A DNA stretch of 64,000 nucleotides from an uncultured Acidobacteriota bacterium (GTDB lineage Bacteria > Acidobacteriota > Polarisedimenticolia > J045): the NCBI GenBank assembly GCA_963702425.1, contig CAVPCQ010000035.1:11781-75780 (forward strand), given 5' to 3'. Below, one piece after another: positions 1 to 9,995 of the stretch. The position numbers were made by a program, and so were the translations under genes. The notes under the pieces are model-generated. The model was not told the DNA's origin, did no database searches, and saw only the letters and a program-made list of their open reading frames with translations. The first letter of the stretch is position 1. Each line of letters begins with the position of its first letter.

Positions 1-393
1 CGCGGGCGGTTCGGCTCCGGGGAGCGCGAACCGCTGCAGCGGGGTCCCGTCGAGCGCGAGCAGGCGGACGTCCGTCAGCCCGAAGTTCTCCATCTCGGCC
101 AGGATCTCCTCGCGCAGCCCCGCGGGGGGAGGCTCGCCCCAGGCGCGGCGTGGATAGCCGCCCTCGTGGCAGAGCAGCACGAGGTCCTCGACGATGCTGT
201 CGGCCTGGTCCTTGGCGACGCTGACGAACGCCTCGTGCACGAGCCACGCGCCGGAGGCCGAGAGCGCGAGGAAGACGGCCAGCATGATCGCCAGGCTGGC
301 GCCGGTGAAGTAGCGCAGCAGGTTGAACGAAAGCCCCGGCGCGTCAGCGCCGGGGCCGCTCGAGGCGGAGGGTGTTCCAGCGGGCTTTGCCAT
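1..393 (-). CDS. 5' part of a membrane-anchored protein, possibly a sensor kinase or other signal-transduction protein; runs off the window
   Basis: ATG at 393 reads MAKPAGT...FNLLRYFTGASLAIMLAVFLALSASGAWLVHEAFV..., one TM helix followed by an extracytoplasmic region. The frame is open to the window edge. Confidence 0.5.
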   Translation of the reverse strand, partial: MAKPAGTPSASSGPGADAPGLSFNLLRYFTGASLAIMLAVFLALSASGAWLVHEAFVSVAKDQADSIVEDLVLLCHEGGYPRRAWGEPPPAGLREEILAEMENFGLTDVRLLALDGTPLQRFALPGAEPPA

Positions 394-601
394 CTCTCGT
401 CTGCCGGCGCCGATTGTAGGAGCCGGGAGCGGGAGGCGCTCGGGCACCCCCCGTCCCCTTCGACGCGACCGAGCTGGACCCGGGCCGGACAGGGAGGAGT
501 TTGCGAACCCCGGACTGACGGTCCGGGGCCGTGGATTGCGGCTGCTGCGCTGCGATATTCTCGCCGAGCCGGTTCGCTGACCGGCGGGCCGGGGTCCCAG
601 A

Positions 602-1146
602 ATGCCGACCTACATCGCGCTCCTCCGCGGGATCAACGTCTCCGGCCGCAACACGATCCCGATGGCCGAGCTTCGCGCGCTCTGCGAGAGGTTCGGGGCC
701 ACCGACGTCCGGACGTACATCCAGAGCGGCAACGTCCTCTTCGCGGCGCACGGGCACGGGCGCCGGCGATCGAGTCCGCGCTCGAGGCGGCGATCGAGCA
801 GCGCTTCGGGTTCGCCATCCCCGTCATCGTCCGCGCGACCGCGCAGTGGCCGGGCTACATGGAGGGCAACCCCTTCCCCGAGGCCTCCGCGCGGGAGCCG
901 AGCCACGTGCTCATGGGGCTCGCCAAGGCGCCGCCGCGGAAGGGCGCAGTCGAGGCGCTGCGCGAGCGCGCAACCGCCGGCGAACGCATCGAGGCGGCCG
1001 GCGACGCGCTCTGGTTCCACTTCGCAGGTGGCGTCGCGCGCTCGAAGCTGACACCGGCGCTCATCGACCGGTTGGTTGGCTCGGCCGTCACCGCCCGCAA
1101 CTGGCGCACCGTCCAGAAGCTGGGCGAGCTGGCCGCGGGCGGGTGA
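602..1146 (+). CDS. DUF1697 family protein (frameshift near 755-765)
   Basis: N-terminus YIALLRGINVSG...TYIQSGNVLF is in one frame. C-terminus FGFAIPVIVR...TARNWRTVQKL is in another. Confidence 0.85.
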
Positions 1147-1168
1147 CGACGACGACTCGAGCGGGGCG

Positions 1169-1399
1169 CTACTTCTTCCGGGACTTCTTCGGCTCGTCGT
1201 GCTCGACGATGAAGGTGACGCGCATCGTCACGCGGTACTCGACGACCTTGCCCTTGTCGACGACGACCTTCTGCTCGGAGACCCAGGCCCCGTGCACGTG
1301 ATCCACGGTCTCGGCCACCGTGGCGATGCCGGAGCGCACGGCATCCTCGAAACCCTTGGTCGACGAGGACGTGACTTCGATCACCTTCGCGACGGACAT
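1169..1399 (-). CDS. Dodecin family (flavin-binding) protein
   Basis: 76 aa, MSVAKVIEVTSSSTKGFEDAV...VVEYRVTMRVTF. A GGAGG RBS lies upstream. Confidence 0.9.
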   Translation of the reverse strand: MSVAKVIEVTSSSTKGFEDAVRSGIATVAETVDHVHGAWVSEQKVVVDKGKVVEYRVTMRVTFIVEHDEPKKSRKK

Positions 1400-1478
1400 C
1401 TTCCCTCCTCCGCGGCGCCGCATCGGGGGCGGGCCGTCGGAAGGAGTATAGGAGACCTGGACGGCGGACGGAACCCGC

Positions 1479-3458
1479 TCAGAGCCGCCAGATGAACCCG
1501 CCGCGCACCGTCGCCCCCGGCATCGGGTAACCCGGCCGGTAGCTGTAATCGGTGTCCGTGAGGTTCTCGCCGGTGACGAACAGCTGGATCCCGTTCTCCT
1601 TCGCCGACAGATCCCACGCCACACGCCCGTTGAGCAGCAGGAAGCCGTCTACCGCCTCCGGCTGGCCGGGGAAGCGCGGGTTGCCGACGAACCGGTCGTC
1701 GATCCACTGCGCGTCGAGGTTGACCTGCCAGCGCGCGGCCGGCGCCCAGTTGAGCCCCGCGACGGCCGTCCACTGGGGGGTGTACGGGATGTCGTCGGGA
1801 TCGGTCGTCGTGTAGGTCGCACCGATCATGATGTCCACCGTCCGCGCCGGTTTGACGGTGAAGGTCGCCTCCACCCCGCGGATCAGGTACGACCCGATGT
1901 TGTCGAAGCTGGGCGGCGGCGGCGGGGGCGGGACGAAGCGCAGCGCGTCGCGGACATCGGATCGGAAAAGCGCGACGTCGAGGTGCGCCGAGCGGCCGAG
2001 CGCGAGCCCCGTGCCGACTTCGAACTGCTCCTGGCGCTCCGGTTCGAGCGTGAGCCAGCCGTCGCGGTTGGGGCCGAAGCCGCCGTAGAGGAACGCGGTC
2101 CAGACGCCGGGAAGGTTGTAGGAGTCGGACCAGCGCGCATAGACCTGGCCCCACGCGCCACGCAGCACCAGCCCCGCCTGCCCGCCCCAGTCGCCGCCGA
2201 AGTAGCGGCTGTCGTTGTAGCGCAGGCCGGCCGACGGCACGAGTTCCGTTCCGCTGCCGCCGAGGGGGATCGCCCAGTTCGCCGCGAGGTACGGCGAGCT
2301 GTTGCGGAAGTGGAGGTCGCCAAGCGGCTGGTCGGGCTGGCCGCGGCGCGTCTCCCGGGCCCGGCCGCCGTAGAAGTCCTGGTCGAAGCCGGCGACGAGC
2401 TCGCCGCGCGCCGCGATCCGGAAGGTGGCCTTCAACCGAGCGCCGTAGTTGAGGTAGTCGGTGAGCGTGGTGAAGACATCTTCCCCGGCGGAGCCGGTCT
2501 CCACCTGCTGCCAGTCGAGCCCGCCATCGTCGGCGTAGAGGCGAACCGACCCGCTCCAGCGCTCGCCGGTGTGCTCCAGCGCCAGGAGGCCGATCAGGTC
2601 CTCGACGGCGAAGCGCGGCGTCACCGAGGGCTTCGGCGCCCCCTCGGGCCCCGGGTCGTTGGCCCACGCGTCGTTGTAGTCGGCGAGCAGCGACAGGTCC
2701 CAGCCCGGCGCGACCTGCCAGCCCACGCGCGCGAAGGCGTCGGTCACGCGGCCGTCGGCATCCTCGCGGTGCCCGTCGCTGCGGGTGGTGCTGGCGGCGG
2801 CGAAGTAGTCGAATTCCCCCTGCCGGCCGCCGTACTCGAGGGCCGCCTCGCCGAAGCGATCGACGCCGAGCGAGGCCAGCAGCTGCCCGCCGTGTCCTTC
2901 TCCCACGTAGCGCTTCGGCACCAGGTTGACCGCGGCGAAGGCCATGTTCCCGAGCAGCGCCGGCTCGGGCGCCTTGTGCACGTCGATCCGCGCCGTGGTG
3001 TGGACCGGCATCGTGTCGAGCAGCGGGTGGGTCCAGATGCCGACGAAGCGCGGGACGCCGTCGTACAGGGTCGTGATCTCCGCCCCGGGACGGCCCGAGC
3101 CCTGTCCGCGGATGAAGATCGCGCCGCCGTCGGCGCCGCCGTAGCTGCCGACGGCGTTGTAGCGCGAGATCACCACCCCCGGCACCCGCCGCAGCGCCGA
3201 CGCGAAGTCGACCGCGTCGAGGTCCTCGATCTGGCGTTCCCCGACGCGCACGATCGGGTTGCCGTAGGCGTCGACCGTCGTCTCCTCGACCACCGGCGAG
3301 GCGACGACCGTCACCTCCTCGGTGACGCCCGAGGGAAGCGGGGGCTCCGTCGGGGTCTGGGGCGGGTTCGCCGGCTCCTCGGCGGCGACGGCTGCGAAGG
3401 CGGCGACGCAGACCAGGCAGGGGGCCACGACGACGGCGAGCATCCGGTGGAGCGGCAT
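1479..3458 (-). CDS. TonB-dependent receptor, probably for metal (Ni/Co) chelates or cobalamin
   Basis: Signal peptide, TonB-box-like EEVTVVA, plug motifs (ALRRVPGV, IFIRG, LYDGVP), LEPE and ENLTD motifs, C-terminal beta strand GGFIWRL. Directly downstream of nikR. Confidence 0.9.
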   Translation of the reverse strand: MPLHRMLAVVVAPCLVCVAAFAAVAAEEPANPPQTPTEPPLPSGVTEEVTVVASPVVEETTVDAYGNPIVRVGERQIEDLDAVDFASALRRVPGVVISRYNAVGSYGGADGGAIFIRGQGSGRPGAEITTLYDGVPRFVGIWTHPLLDTMPVHTTARIDVHKAPEPALLGNMAFAAVNLVPKRYVGEGHGGQLLASLGVDRFGEAALEYGGRQGEFDYFAAASTTRSDGHREDADGRVTDAFARVGWQVAPGWDLSLLADYNDAWANDPGPEGAPKPSVTPRFAVEDLIGLLALEHTGERWSGSVRLYADDGGLDWQQVETGSAGEDVFTTLTDYLNYGARLKATFRIAARGELVAGFDQDFYGGRARETRRGQPDQPLGDLHFRNSSPYLAANWAIPLGGSGTELVPSAGLRYNDSRYFGGDWGGQAGLVLRGAWGQVYARWSDSYNLPGVWTAFLYGGFGPNRDGWLTLEPERQEQFEVGTGLALGRSAHLDVALFRSDVRDALRFVPPPPPPPSFDNIGSYLIRGVEATFTVKPARTVDIMIGATYTTTDPDDIPYTPQWTAVAGLNWAPAARWQVNLDAQWIDDRFVGNPRFPGQPEAVDGFLLLNGRVAWDLSAKENGIQLFVTGENLTDTDYSYRPGYPMPGATVRGGFIWRL

Positions 3459-3482
3459 GACGACACCTCTTGACCGTCGCGC

Positions 3483-3890
3483 TCAGCGCGACGCGGATCC
3501 GATCACGAGACGGGCCTGCAGGACCCCCTTGAGGCGGCCGAGCCGGTCGGCGACGCGGCGCAGCTCGGCGGGCCGGCCGCGCAGGGCGTGGACCTCGAGG
3601 CAGAGGTCGTGGTCGAGGTGGACGTGCAGCGTCGCCAGGATCCGGCCGTGGTGCTCGTGCCCCTCGTCGATCAGCCGGTCGGCGAGATCGCGGCGGGTGT
3701 GGTCGTAGACGAGCGTGAGCGTGGCCACGGCGTCGCCGGCGCCGCGCTCCCACTCCTCCTCGACGAGGCCGCGGCGGATCATCTCGCGGATCGCCTCCGA
3801 GCGGTTGGCGAGGCCCCGTCGCGTGACGAAGCGGTCGAGGCGGCCGAGGAGCTGCTTTTCGATCGCGAGGCTGACCCGTTCGACGCTCAC
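3483..3890 (-). CDS. nikR: Nickel-responsive transcriptional regulator NikR
   Basis: Ribbon-helix-helix N-terminus (RVSLAI...NRSEAIREMIR) and metal-binding domain YDH...LHVHLDHDLCLEV. GTG start with AGGAG RBS. Confidence 0.95.
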   Translation of the reverse strand: MSVERVSLAIEKQLLGRLDRFVTRRGLANRSEAIREMIRRGLVEEEWERGAGDAVATLTLVYDHTRRDLADRLIDEGHEHHGRILATLHVHLDHDLCLEVHALRGRPAELRRVADRLGRLKGVLQARLVIGSASR

Positions 3891-3904
3891 GCGTTCTCTC
3901 CTTC

Positions 3905-3929
3905 ATACGAATCTGAAGAATCTTCCTAC
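3905..3929. promoter_or_regulatory. Candidate NikR operator
   Basis: AT-rich imperfect dyad ATACGA-N13-TCCTAC immediately upstream of the nikR RBS. It overlaps a GTATGA/TCATAC half-site like that of the E. coli NikR operator. Confidence 0.45.
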
Positions 3930-3995
3930 CGGTCGGGGCGCAAGGTCAAGCGGGTCCGGGGACGGCCTTCGCGGGGGGTGGCGCGCCGGCGACGG

Positions 3996-5456
3996 CTACG
4001 GGGCCGACGCCGGGCCCGGGGTCGGGGGCGGCACCAGACCCGGGGGCGGGGGCGGCGGTGACGCTTCCGCCGACGCGGCCGGCGCCACGCGCAGCAGCGA
4101 CGCCGTCGGCGCGGCGAAGACGCGCAGCCCCACCGCGCCGACGCCGCGGCGCGGAATCTCGCGCGCCAGCTGCTCGGGCAGGCCGGGGACGAGCCCGATC
4201 TCGATCGTCCGGCCGCTCTTCGACGAGAAGGCGGCGCGCGGAACGACGTCGGCGACCTGGGGCTTCAGGTTCCCCTTCCCCGTCGTCGCGCCGCTGCCGA
4301 GCTGGATCCCGTCGACGAAGCAGTCCTGCGGTGGTCGCCCGATCGTCACGGGGCGGACCGCGAGGTCGAAGTAGCCCGGGGAATCGAGCCGCTCGCGGGC
4401 CAGCACGGCGGCGCGGAAGCCGAGCACGACGTAGGGCCCGAGGTGACCATGGAAGGCGGCGAGCCGCTTGAGCGGCGGCCCGGCCGCGTCGGCGGCGGCG
4501 GGCTGATCGGGCGGCGTCTCGGTCCAGAGCGCGACCAGCAGGCGGCCGTTCGCCTCGCCGTCGAGCGTGTTGAGCAGCACGGCCCGGTCGCCGGCCGCCG
4601 CCGTCAGCGTCCCCTCCGGATCGAGGTCGACCCGCCTGTCGCGCGCCGCACCGCCCGCGTCGCCGCCGAGGAAGGCGGCCACGAGCGCCGCGTCGGCCAG
4701 CGGCGGAACGGGGTGGCCCGACCCGCGCCAGACCGCGGCGAGCAGGCGCGCCGGGAGCGCCACCGAGGAGGCGAGGCGGGACGCCGTCCCCTCGGGGAGC
4801 GCGATCGCGTGCGCGGCCGTTTCCGGCACCAGGACGAGCGGGACGCCGGCGCGGAAGACGGCGCGCGCCGCGGCCGGATCGGCGTCGATGTTCCACGCGT
4901 GCTCGCCGGGCCCGCCGAGCAGCCACACCGCGGCGATCCGGCGCGCCGCGGCCGGGTCGGCGGCGAAGAGCCGCGCGAGGTTCGTCAGCGGTCCGAGCGC
5001 GAGCACCACGATCTCGGCGTCACCGTGCGCCCCGAGCACGCGCCCGATCAGCGCGGACGCGTCGCGCTCCGGCACCGCTCCCACCGCGGGAAGCGCTACC
5101 CCACCCAGCGATTCGGCGACCGCGCGCCACCGGGGGGCCTCCCCGGACGGCGTAGCCCCCGTCGCCACGGGCACCCCGGGCGCGCCCGCCAGCGCGAGGA
5201 AACGCGCTGCGTTGTCGGCGCCGCGTTCCGGCGCGGCCGCGCCGCCGACCGTCGTCACGGCCACGATCTCCACGGTCGGCGCGGCGGCGAGCGCCGCCAG
5301 CGCGGCCAGGTCGTCGAGTCCCATGTCGGTATCGACGACGACGGGAATCCTGTAGGCCGGATCGGCCGGGTCGTGGTCGGCCAGGCCGGCCCCGCTCGCC
5401 CCCAGCCCGAGCGTCACCACCGCGATCGCAACGATGACACGCCGCCCGCTGTTCAT
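3996..5456 (-). CDS. Secreted IU-nucleoside hydrolase domain fused to an FmdE-like metal-binding domain
   Basis: Signal peptide MNSGRRVIVAIAVVTLGLGASGAGLA. IUNH motifs DTDMGLDD, GPLTNLA, WNIDADPAAA. FmdE motifs FHGHLGPYVVLG and CFVDGIQLGSGATTGKGNL. Pro-rich tail. Confidence 0.8.
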   Translation of the reverse strand: MNSGRRVIVAIAVVTLGLGASGAGLADHDPADPAYRIPVVVDTDMGLDDLAALAALAAAPTVEIVAVTTVGGAAAPERGADNAARFLALAGAPGVPVATGATPSGEAPRWRAVAESLGGVALPAVGAVPERDASALIGRVLGAHGDAEIVVLALGPLTNLARLFAADPAAARRIAAVWLLGGPGEHAWNIDADPAAARAVFRAGVPLVLVPETAAHAIALPEGTASRLASSVALPARLLAAVWRGSGHPVPPLADAALVAAFLGGDAGGAARDRRVDLDPEGTLTAAAGDRAVLLNTLDGEANGRLLVALWTETPPDQPAAADAAGPPLKRLAAFHGHLGPYVVLGFRAAVLARERLDSPGYFDLAVRPVTIGRPPQDCFVDGIQLGSGATTGKGNLKPQVADVVPRAAFSSKSGRTIEIGLVPGLPEQLAREIPRRGVGAVGLRVFAAPTASLLRVAPAASAEASPPPPPPGLVPPPTPGPASAP

Positions 5457-5503
5457 CGGTTCCGGTCCTCCGGCTGCGGAGCGCTTCACGCTCGCCGCCC
5501 ACT

Positions 5504-7312
5504 CTACAGTGCCGGCGCGTCCCCCCGCTCCACGGCCTGCCGCGCCAGCTCGATCCCCCGCTCCAGCCGACGGACGACGCGCACGTCCGGCAGCCGGTGG
5601 CGCCAGTCGGCCCGCACCAGCGCGCGCGCGGGCTGCCGGCGCAGCCCGGCCAGGACGACCGCGACGTGGCGCCGGCGCAGGAAGTCGATCGCCGCCTCGA
5701 GGTGCACGATGCCGGTGGCGTCGATCGCGGGTACCGCCGTCAGGTCGAGCACCACGACGCGCGCGCTGCGGTCGACCGTCTCGAGGGCCTCGACTGCCTT
5801 CGCCGCGGCGCCGAAGAAGAGCGGGCCCGCCACCTCGTAGAGCACGATTCCGGGCGGCAGCGGCTCGCGCAGCGCCGGGTGGTCGGCGGTGGCCCGCTCG
5901 ATGCCGAAGACGTCCGCCATGCGCTTGATGAAGAGCATCATCGAGAGCAGCATCCCGGCTGTCACCGCGACCGTCATGTCGAAGATCACGGTCAGGCTGA
6001 AGCAGGCCAGCAGCACTGCCACGTCGGCACGCGGCGCCCCGCGCAGCAGGCGCAGGAAGTGCTGCGGCTCCGACATGTTCCAGGCCACGACCAGCAGCAG
6101 CGCGGCCATCGCCGCCATCGGCAGGTAGCCGAGGGCGGGGGCCAGCGCAAGCATCGTCGTCAGCACGACGACACCGTGGATCGCCGACGCGAGCGGCGTC
6201 CGGGCCCCACTGCGGATTCCGGTCGCCGTGCGCGCGATCGCCCCGGTCGCGGCGATCCCGCCGAAGAACGGCGCCACGACGTTGCCGATCCCCTGCGCGA
6301 CCAGCTCGGCGTCGGGGTCGTGCTTGGTCCCCTTCATCCCGTCGGCGATCGTCGCCGAGAGCAGCGACTCGATCGCGCCCAGCACGGCGATCGCGAAAGC
6401 GGAGGGGATCAGCGTGCGCACCAGGTCGAAGGAGAACCGGGCCGTCTGCCCGTCGGCGCCGCCGACGCGCCACGGCAGGACCGGGAGCGGAAGCTGGCGC
6501 GGAATCCCGGGCAGCAGCCGCCCGTCGCCGGCCTCGAAGACGAAGCGGTCCCGGATCGTCGCCACGTGGAAGCCCGGGACCAGGCGCGAGGCCAGCCACG
6601 CCGCACCGGCGGCGACCACCAGCGCGACCAGCGGCGAGGGGACCTTGCGCGTGAGCTTCGGCCACAACAGCAGCACCGCGAGCGTCAGGGTCGCGATCGC
6701 GACGTCGGGCAGGCGCGCCGTCGGCAACGCGAAGGCGATGTCGCCCAGCCGCTCGACGAAGTGGGGCGCGGGCGACTCGATCGTCAGGCCGAGCAGGTCC
6801 TTGACCTGCAGCGTCGCGATCACGACGCCGATCCCGGCCGTGAAGCCGGTCGTCACCGGGTAGGGCACGAACTCGATCAGCTTGCCGAGCCGCAGCAGCC
6901 CCATCGCGATCAGCATCAGCCCGGCCAGGACCGTCGCGACGAGCAGGCCGGAGAGGCCGAAGCGGGCCGCGATCGGCGCCAGCACGACGACGAACGCGGC
7001 GGTCGGGCCGGTCACCTGCCAGCGCGATCCGCCGAGCAGCGGGACCAGGATCCCGGCGACGATCGCGGTGGTGAGGCCGACCTGCGGGGGGACACCGGAG
7101 GCGATCGCCAGCGCCATCGAGAGCGGCAGCGCGACGATGCCGACCACCAGACCGGCCAGGATGTCGGCCCGCAGCGTACCCGCTCCGTAGCCCGGGGCGA
7201 GTGCGCCGCGGAGCGCGACGCCGAGCCGCGGCAGGCGGACCAGCGCGCCGTCCTCGCCGCGCGGCCGGTCGCCGGCGGGCGAGGCCGGCGCGGAATGCGA
7301 CGGCTCAGACGT
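5504..7312 (-). CDS. SulP/SLC26 family anion transporter with STAS domain (DauA-like C4-dicarboxylate transporter); start uncertain
   Basis: DILAGLVVGIVALPLSMALAIASG, GPTAAF, AIESLLSA, ELVAQGIGN, ATGAIARTA, and STAS GPLFFGAA...IDATG. Confidence 0.9.
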   Translation of the reverse strand, partial: TSEPSHSAPASPAGDRPRGEDGALVRLPRLGVALRGALAPGYGAGTLRADILAGLVVGIVALPLSMALAIASGVPPQVGLTTAIVAGILVPLLGGSRWQVTGPTAAFVVVLAPIAARFGLSGLLVATVLAGLMLIAMGLLRLGKLIEFVPYPVTTGFTAGIGVVIATLQVKDLLGLTIESPAPHFVERLGDIAFALPTARLPDVAIATLTLAVLLLWPKLTRKVPSPLVALVVAAGAAWLASRLVPGFHVATIRDRFVFEAGDGRLLPGIPRQLPLPVLPWRVGGADGQTARFSFDLVRTLIPSAFAIAVLGAIESLLSATIADGMKGTKHDPDAELVAQGIGNVVAPFFGGIAATGAIARTATGIRSGARTPLASAIHGVVVLTTMLALAPALGYLPMAAMAALLLVVAWNMSEPQHFLRLLRGAPRADVAVLLACFSLTVIFDMTVAVTAGMLLSMMLFIKRMADVFGIERATADHPALREPLPPGIVLYEVAGPLFFGAAAKAVEALETVDRSARVVVLDLTAVPAIDATGIVHLEAAIDFLRRRHVAVVLAGLRRQPARALVRADWRHRLPDVRVVRRLERGIELARQAVERGDAPAL

Positions 7313-8700
7313 GGATCGCTCTCCCGTCGACGGCGAGCGCCGCCTCCTTGACGACCTCGGCGAGCGTCGGGTGCGCGTGGCAGGTCCGCGCCAGGTCCTC
7401 CGACGACGCGCCAAACTCGATCGCCGCGACCGCCTCGGCGATCAGGTCGCCGGCCCGCGGGCCGAGGATGTGCACGCCGAGGATCCGGTCGGTCGCCGCG
7501 TCGGCCAGGATCTTCACCCGGCCGTCGACCTGGGCCAGCGCCTTGGCGCGCCCGTTGGCCATGAACGGGAAGCTCCCCTTGCGGTAGGCCACGCCGGCGG
7601 CCTTGAGCTCCTCCTCGGTCTTCCCCACCGACGCCACCTCGGGGTGGGTGTAGACGACGTTGGGGATCGCGTCGTAGTTGACGTGGCCGTAGCCGGTCTT
7701 GATGAACTCGGCGCAGGCGACCCCCTCGTCCTCCGCCTTGTGCGCCAGCATCGGCCCGGGGATCACGTCGCCGATCGCGAAGACCCCGGGCGCGGCCGTG
7801 CGCCAGTGCGCGTCGACCGGGATCCGTCCGCGCGCGTCGAGCGCGATCCCGACCGTCTCGAGCCCCAGCCCCTCGGTGTACGGCACGCGGCCGACCGAGA
7901 CCAGCACGCGGTCGCAGCGCAGCGGCTCGCTCCCTTCGCTTTCCACGACCGCGCCGTCGCCGTCCGCGCGCGCGCCGGTGACGCGCACGCCGGTCCGGAT
8001 CTCGAGCCCCTGCTTCTTCAGCAGCTTCTCCATCTCGGCCGCGATCTCGCCGTCCATCCCGGGCAGGATCCGGTCGAGGTACTCGAGCACCGTCACCTTC
8101 GCCCCGAGCCGCGCCCAGACCGAGCCCAGCTCCAGCCCGATCGCGCCGGCGCCGATCACGACCAGGTGCTGCGGGACCTCGGGGTAGGACAGCGCCTCGG
8201 TGCTGGTGCCGACCCGCTCGCCGTCGAAGCGTCACGCCGCGCAGCGGCGCCGACCGGCTGCCGGTCGCGAGGATGACGTGCTTCGCGGCGAGCGCCGTCG
8301 CCGTCCCGTCGGCCGCGTCGACCACGACCTGGCCTGGACCCGCCAGCCGGCCCCGGCCCGCGTAGCGCGTGATCCTGTTCTTGCGGAACAGCCCCTCGAC
8401 CCCCTTGGTGAGCGCTGTGACGATGTCGGTCTTGCGCTTCAGCATCTCCGCCAGGTCGAGCTCGACGCCGGCCAGCCTGATCCCCTGGCGCGGGAAGCCC
8501 TTCTTCGCCTCGGCGAACAGCTCGGACGACTCGAGCAGCGCCTTGGACGGGATGCAGCCGATCCGGAGGCAGGTCCCGCCGAGCGCCGGCTCGATCTCGA
8601 CGCACGCCGTGTCGAGCCCGAGCTGCGCCGCGCGGATCGCGGCGACGTACCCGCCCGGCCCGGCCCCGATGACGACGACCTCGTGCTCCTTCGCGGCCAT
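7305..8700 (-). CDS. lpdA: Dihydrolipoyl dehydrogenase (E3), frameshift near 8225
   Basis: GAGPGGY, GGTCLRIGCIPSKAL, GAGAIGLE, MLAHKAEDEG and HAHPTLAE are split across two frames. Confidence 0.95.
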
Positions 8701-8701
8701 C

Positions 8702-9976
8702 TCAGACCTCCAGCAGGATGCGCTGCGGGTTCTCGACGCACTCCTTGATCCGCTTGAGGAAGGTGACCGACTCGCGGCCGTCGATGACGCGGTGGTCGTA
8801 GGTCAGGGCGACGTACATCATCGGCCGGATCACGACCTGCCCGTCCCGGGCCACCGGCCGGTCCTGGATCGCGTGCAGCCCCAGGATCCCGCTCTGCGGG
8901 TAGTTGAGGATCGGGGTCGAGAGCATCGAGCCGTAGATCCCGCCGTTGCTGATCGTGAAGGTCCCGCCGACCAGGTCCTCGAGCGTCAGCTTGTTGTCCT
9001 TGGCCTTCCGGGCGTACTCGCCGATCGCGACCTCGATCTCGGCGAACGAGAGCTTCTCGGCGTTGCGGATGATCGGCACGACCAGTCCGCGGCCGCCGCC
9101 GACCGCGATCCCGACGTCGTAGTAGTTGCGGTAGACGATCGTCTCGCCGCGGATCTCGGCGTTGACCTGCGGCACCTCCTTGAGCGCCTCGATCGCGGCC
9201 TTGACGAAGAACGACATGAAGCCGAGCCGCACGCCGTACTTCTTCTCGAACGGCTCCTTGAACTCGGCCCGCAGCGCCATGACGTTCGTCATGTCGATCT
9301 CGTTGAACGTCGTGAGCATCGCGGTGACCTGCTTGGCCTGCACCAGGCGCTCGGCCGCGCGCTTGCGCAGCGGGGTCATCGGGACCGCGTCCTCCAGCCG
9401 CGGGTGGGTCGGCAGGTTGCGCGCGGGAGCCGAGGGGAGCGCGGCAAGGCCGGCGCCGCCCGGGGCGGACGCGGGACCGGGCGCAACCGCCGCGCGCTGC
9501 ACGTCCTCCTTCAGCATCCGGCCGCCCGGACCGGTGGGGGTCACCTGCGCTGCGGCGAGGCCGGCGTCGTGCAGCGCCCGCGCGGCGGCCGGCATCACGA
9601 ACGGCGCGCCGGATGGGGCGACAGCGGCCGGAACGGCGGGGGGCGCCGGCGGGGCCGACGCTGGAGCCGACGAAGCCGGCGCCGGCGCTGGAGGGGCCGT
9701 CGCGGCTGCGGCCGGCGCAGCCTTCACCGCTGGCGCCGCCCCCTCCTCGATCAGCGCCAGCACCTCGCCGATCTTCGCGTACTCGCCTTCCTGCTTCTTC
9801 AGCTCGAGCAGCGCGCCGGAGACGGGCGCCGGCAGCTCCTGGGTGATCTTGTCGGTCTCGAGCACGACCAGCGGCTCGTCCTGCGCGAACGGCTCGCCGG
9901 GCTGCTTGAGCCAGCGCGCGATCAGCGCCTCGTTGATCGACTCGCCGAACGACGGGACCTTCAGTTCCAGCGGCAT
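8702..9976 (-). CDS. sucB: 2-oxoglutarate dehydrogenase E2, dihydrolipoyllysine-residue succinyltransferase
   Basis: Lipoyl domain LETDKIT, E3-binding GTG-like [12 protein letters not shown], catalytic [10 protein letters not shown]. Confidence 0.97.
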   Translation of the reverse strand: MPLELKVPSFGESINEALIARWLKQPGEPFAQDEPLVVLETDKITQELPAPVSGALLELKKQEGEYAKIGEVLALIEEGAAPAVKAAPAAAATAPPAPAPASSAPASAPPAPPAVPAAVAPSGAPFVMPAAARALHDAGLAAAQVTPTGPGGRMLKEDVQRAAVAPGPASAPGGAGLAALPSAPARNLPTHPRLEDAVPMTPLRKRAAERLVQAKQVTAMLTTFNEIDMTNVMALRAEFKEPFEKKYGVRLGFMSFFVKAAIEALKEVPQVNAEIRGETIVYRNYYDVGIAVGGGRGLVVPIIRNAEKLSFAEIEVAIGEYARKAKDNKLTLEDLVGGTFTISNGGIYGSMLSTPILNYPQSGILGLHAIQDRPVARDGQVVIRPMMYVALTYDHRVIDGRESVTFLKRIKECVENPQRILLEV

Positions 9977-9995
9977 GTCCGTTCCTTCTGTCGTT

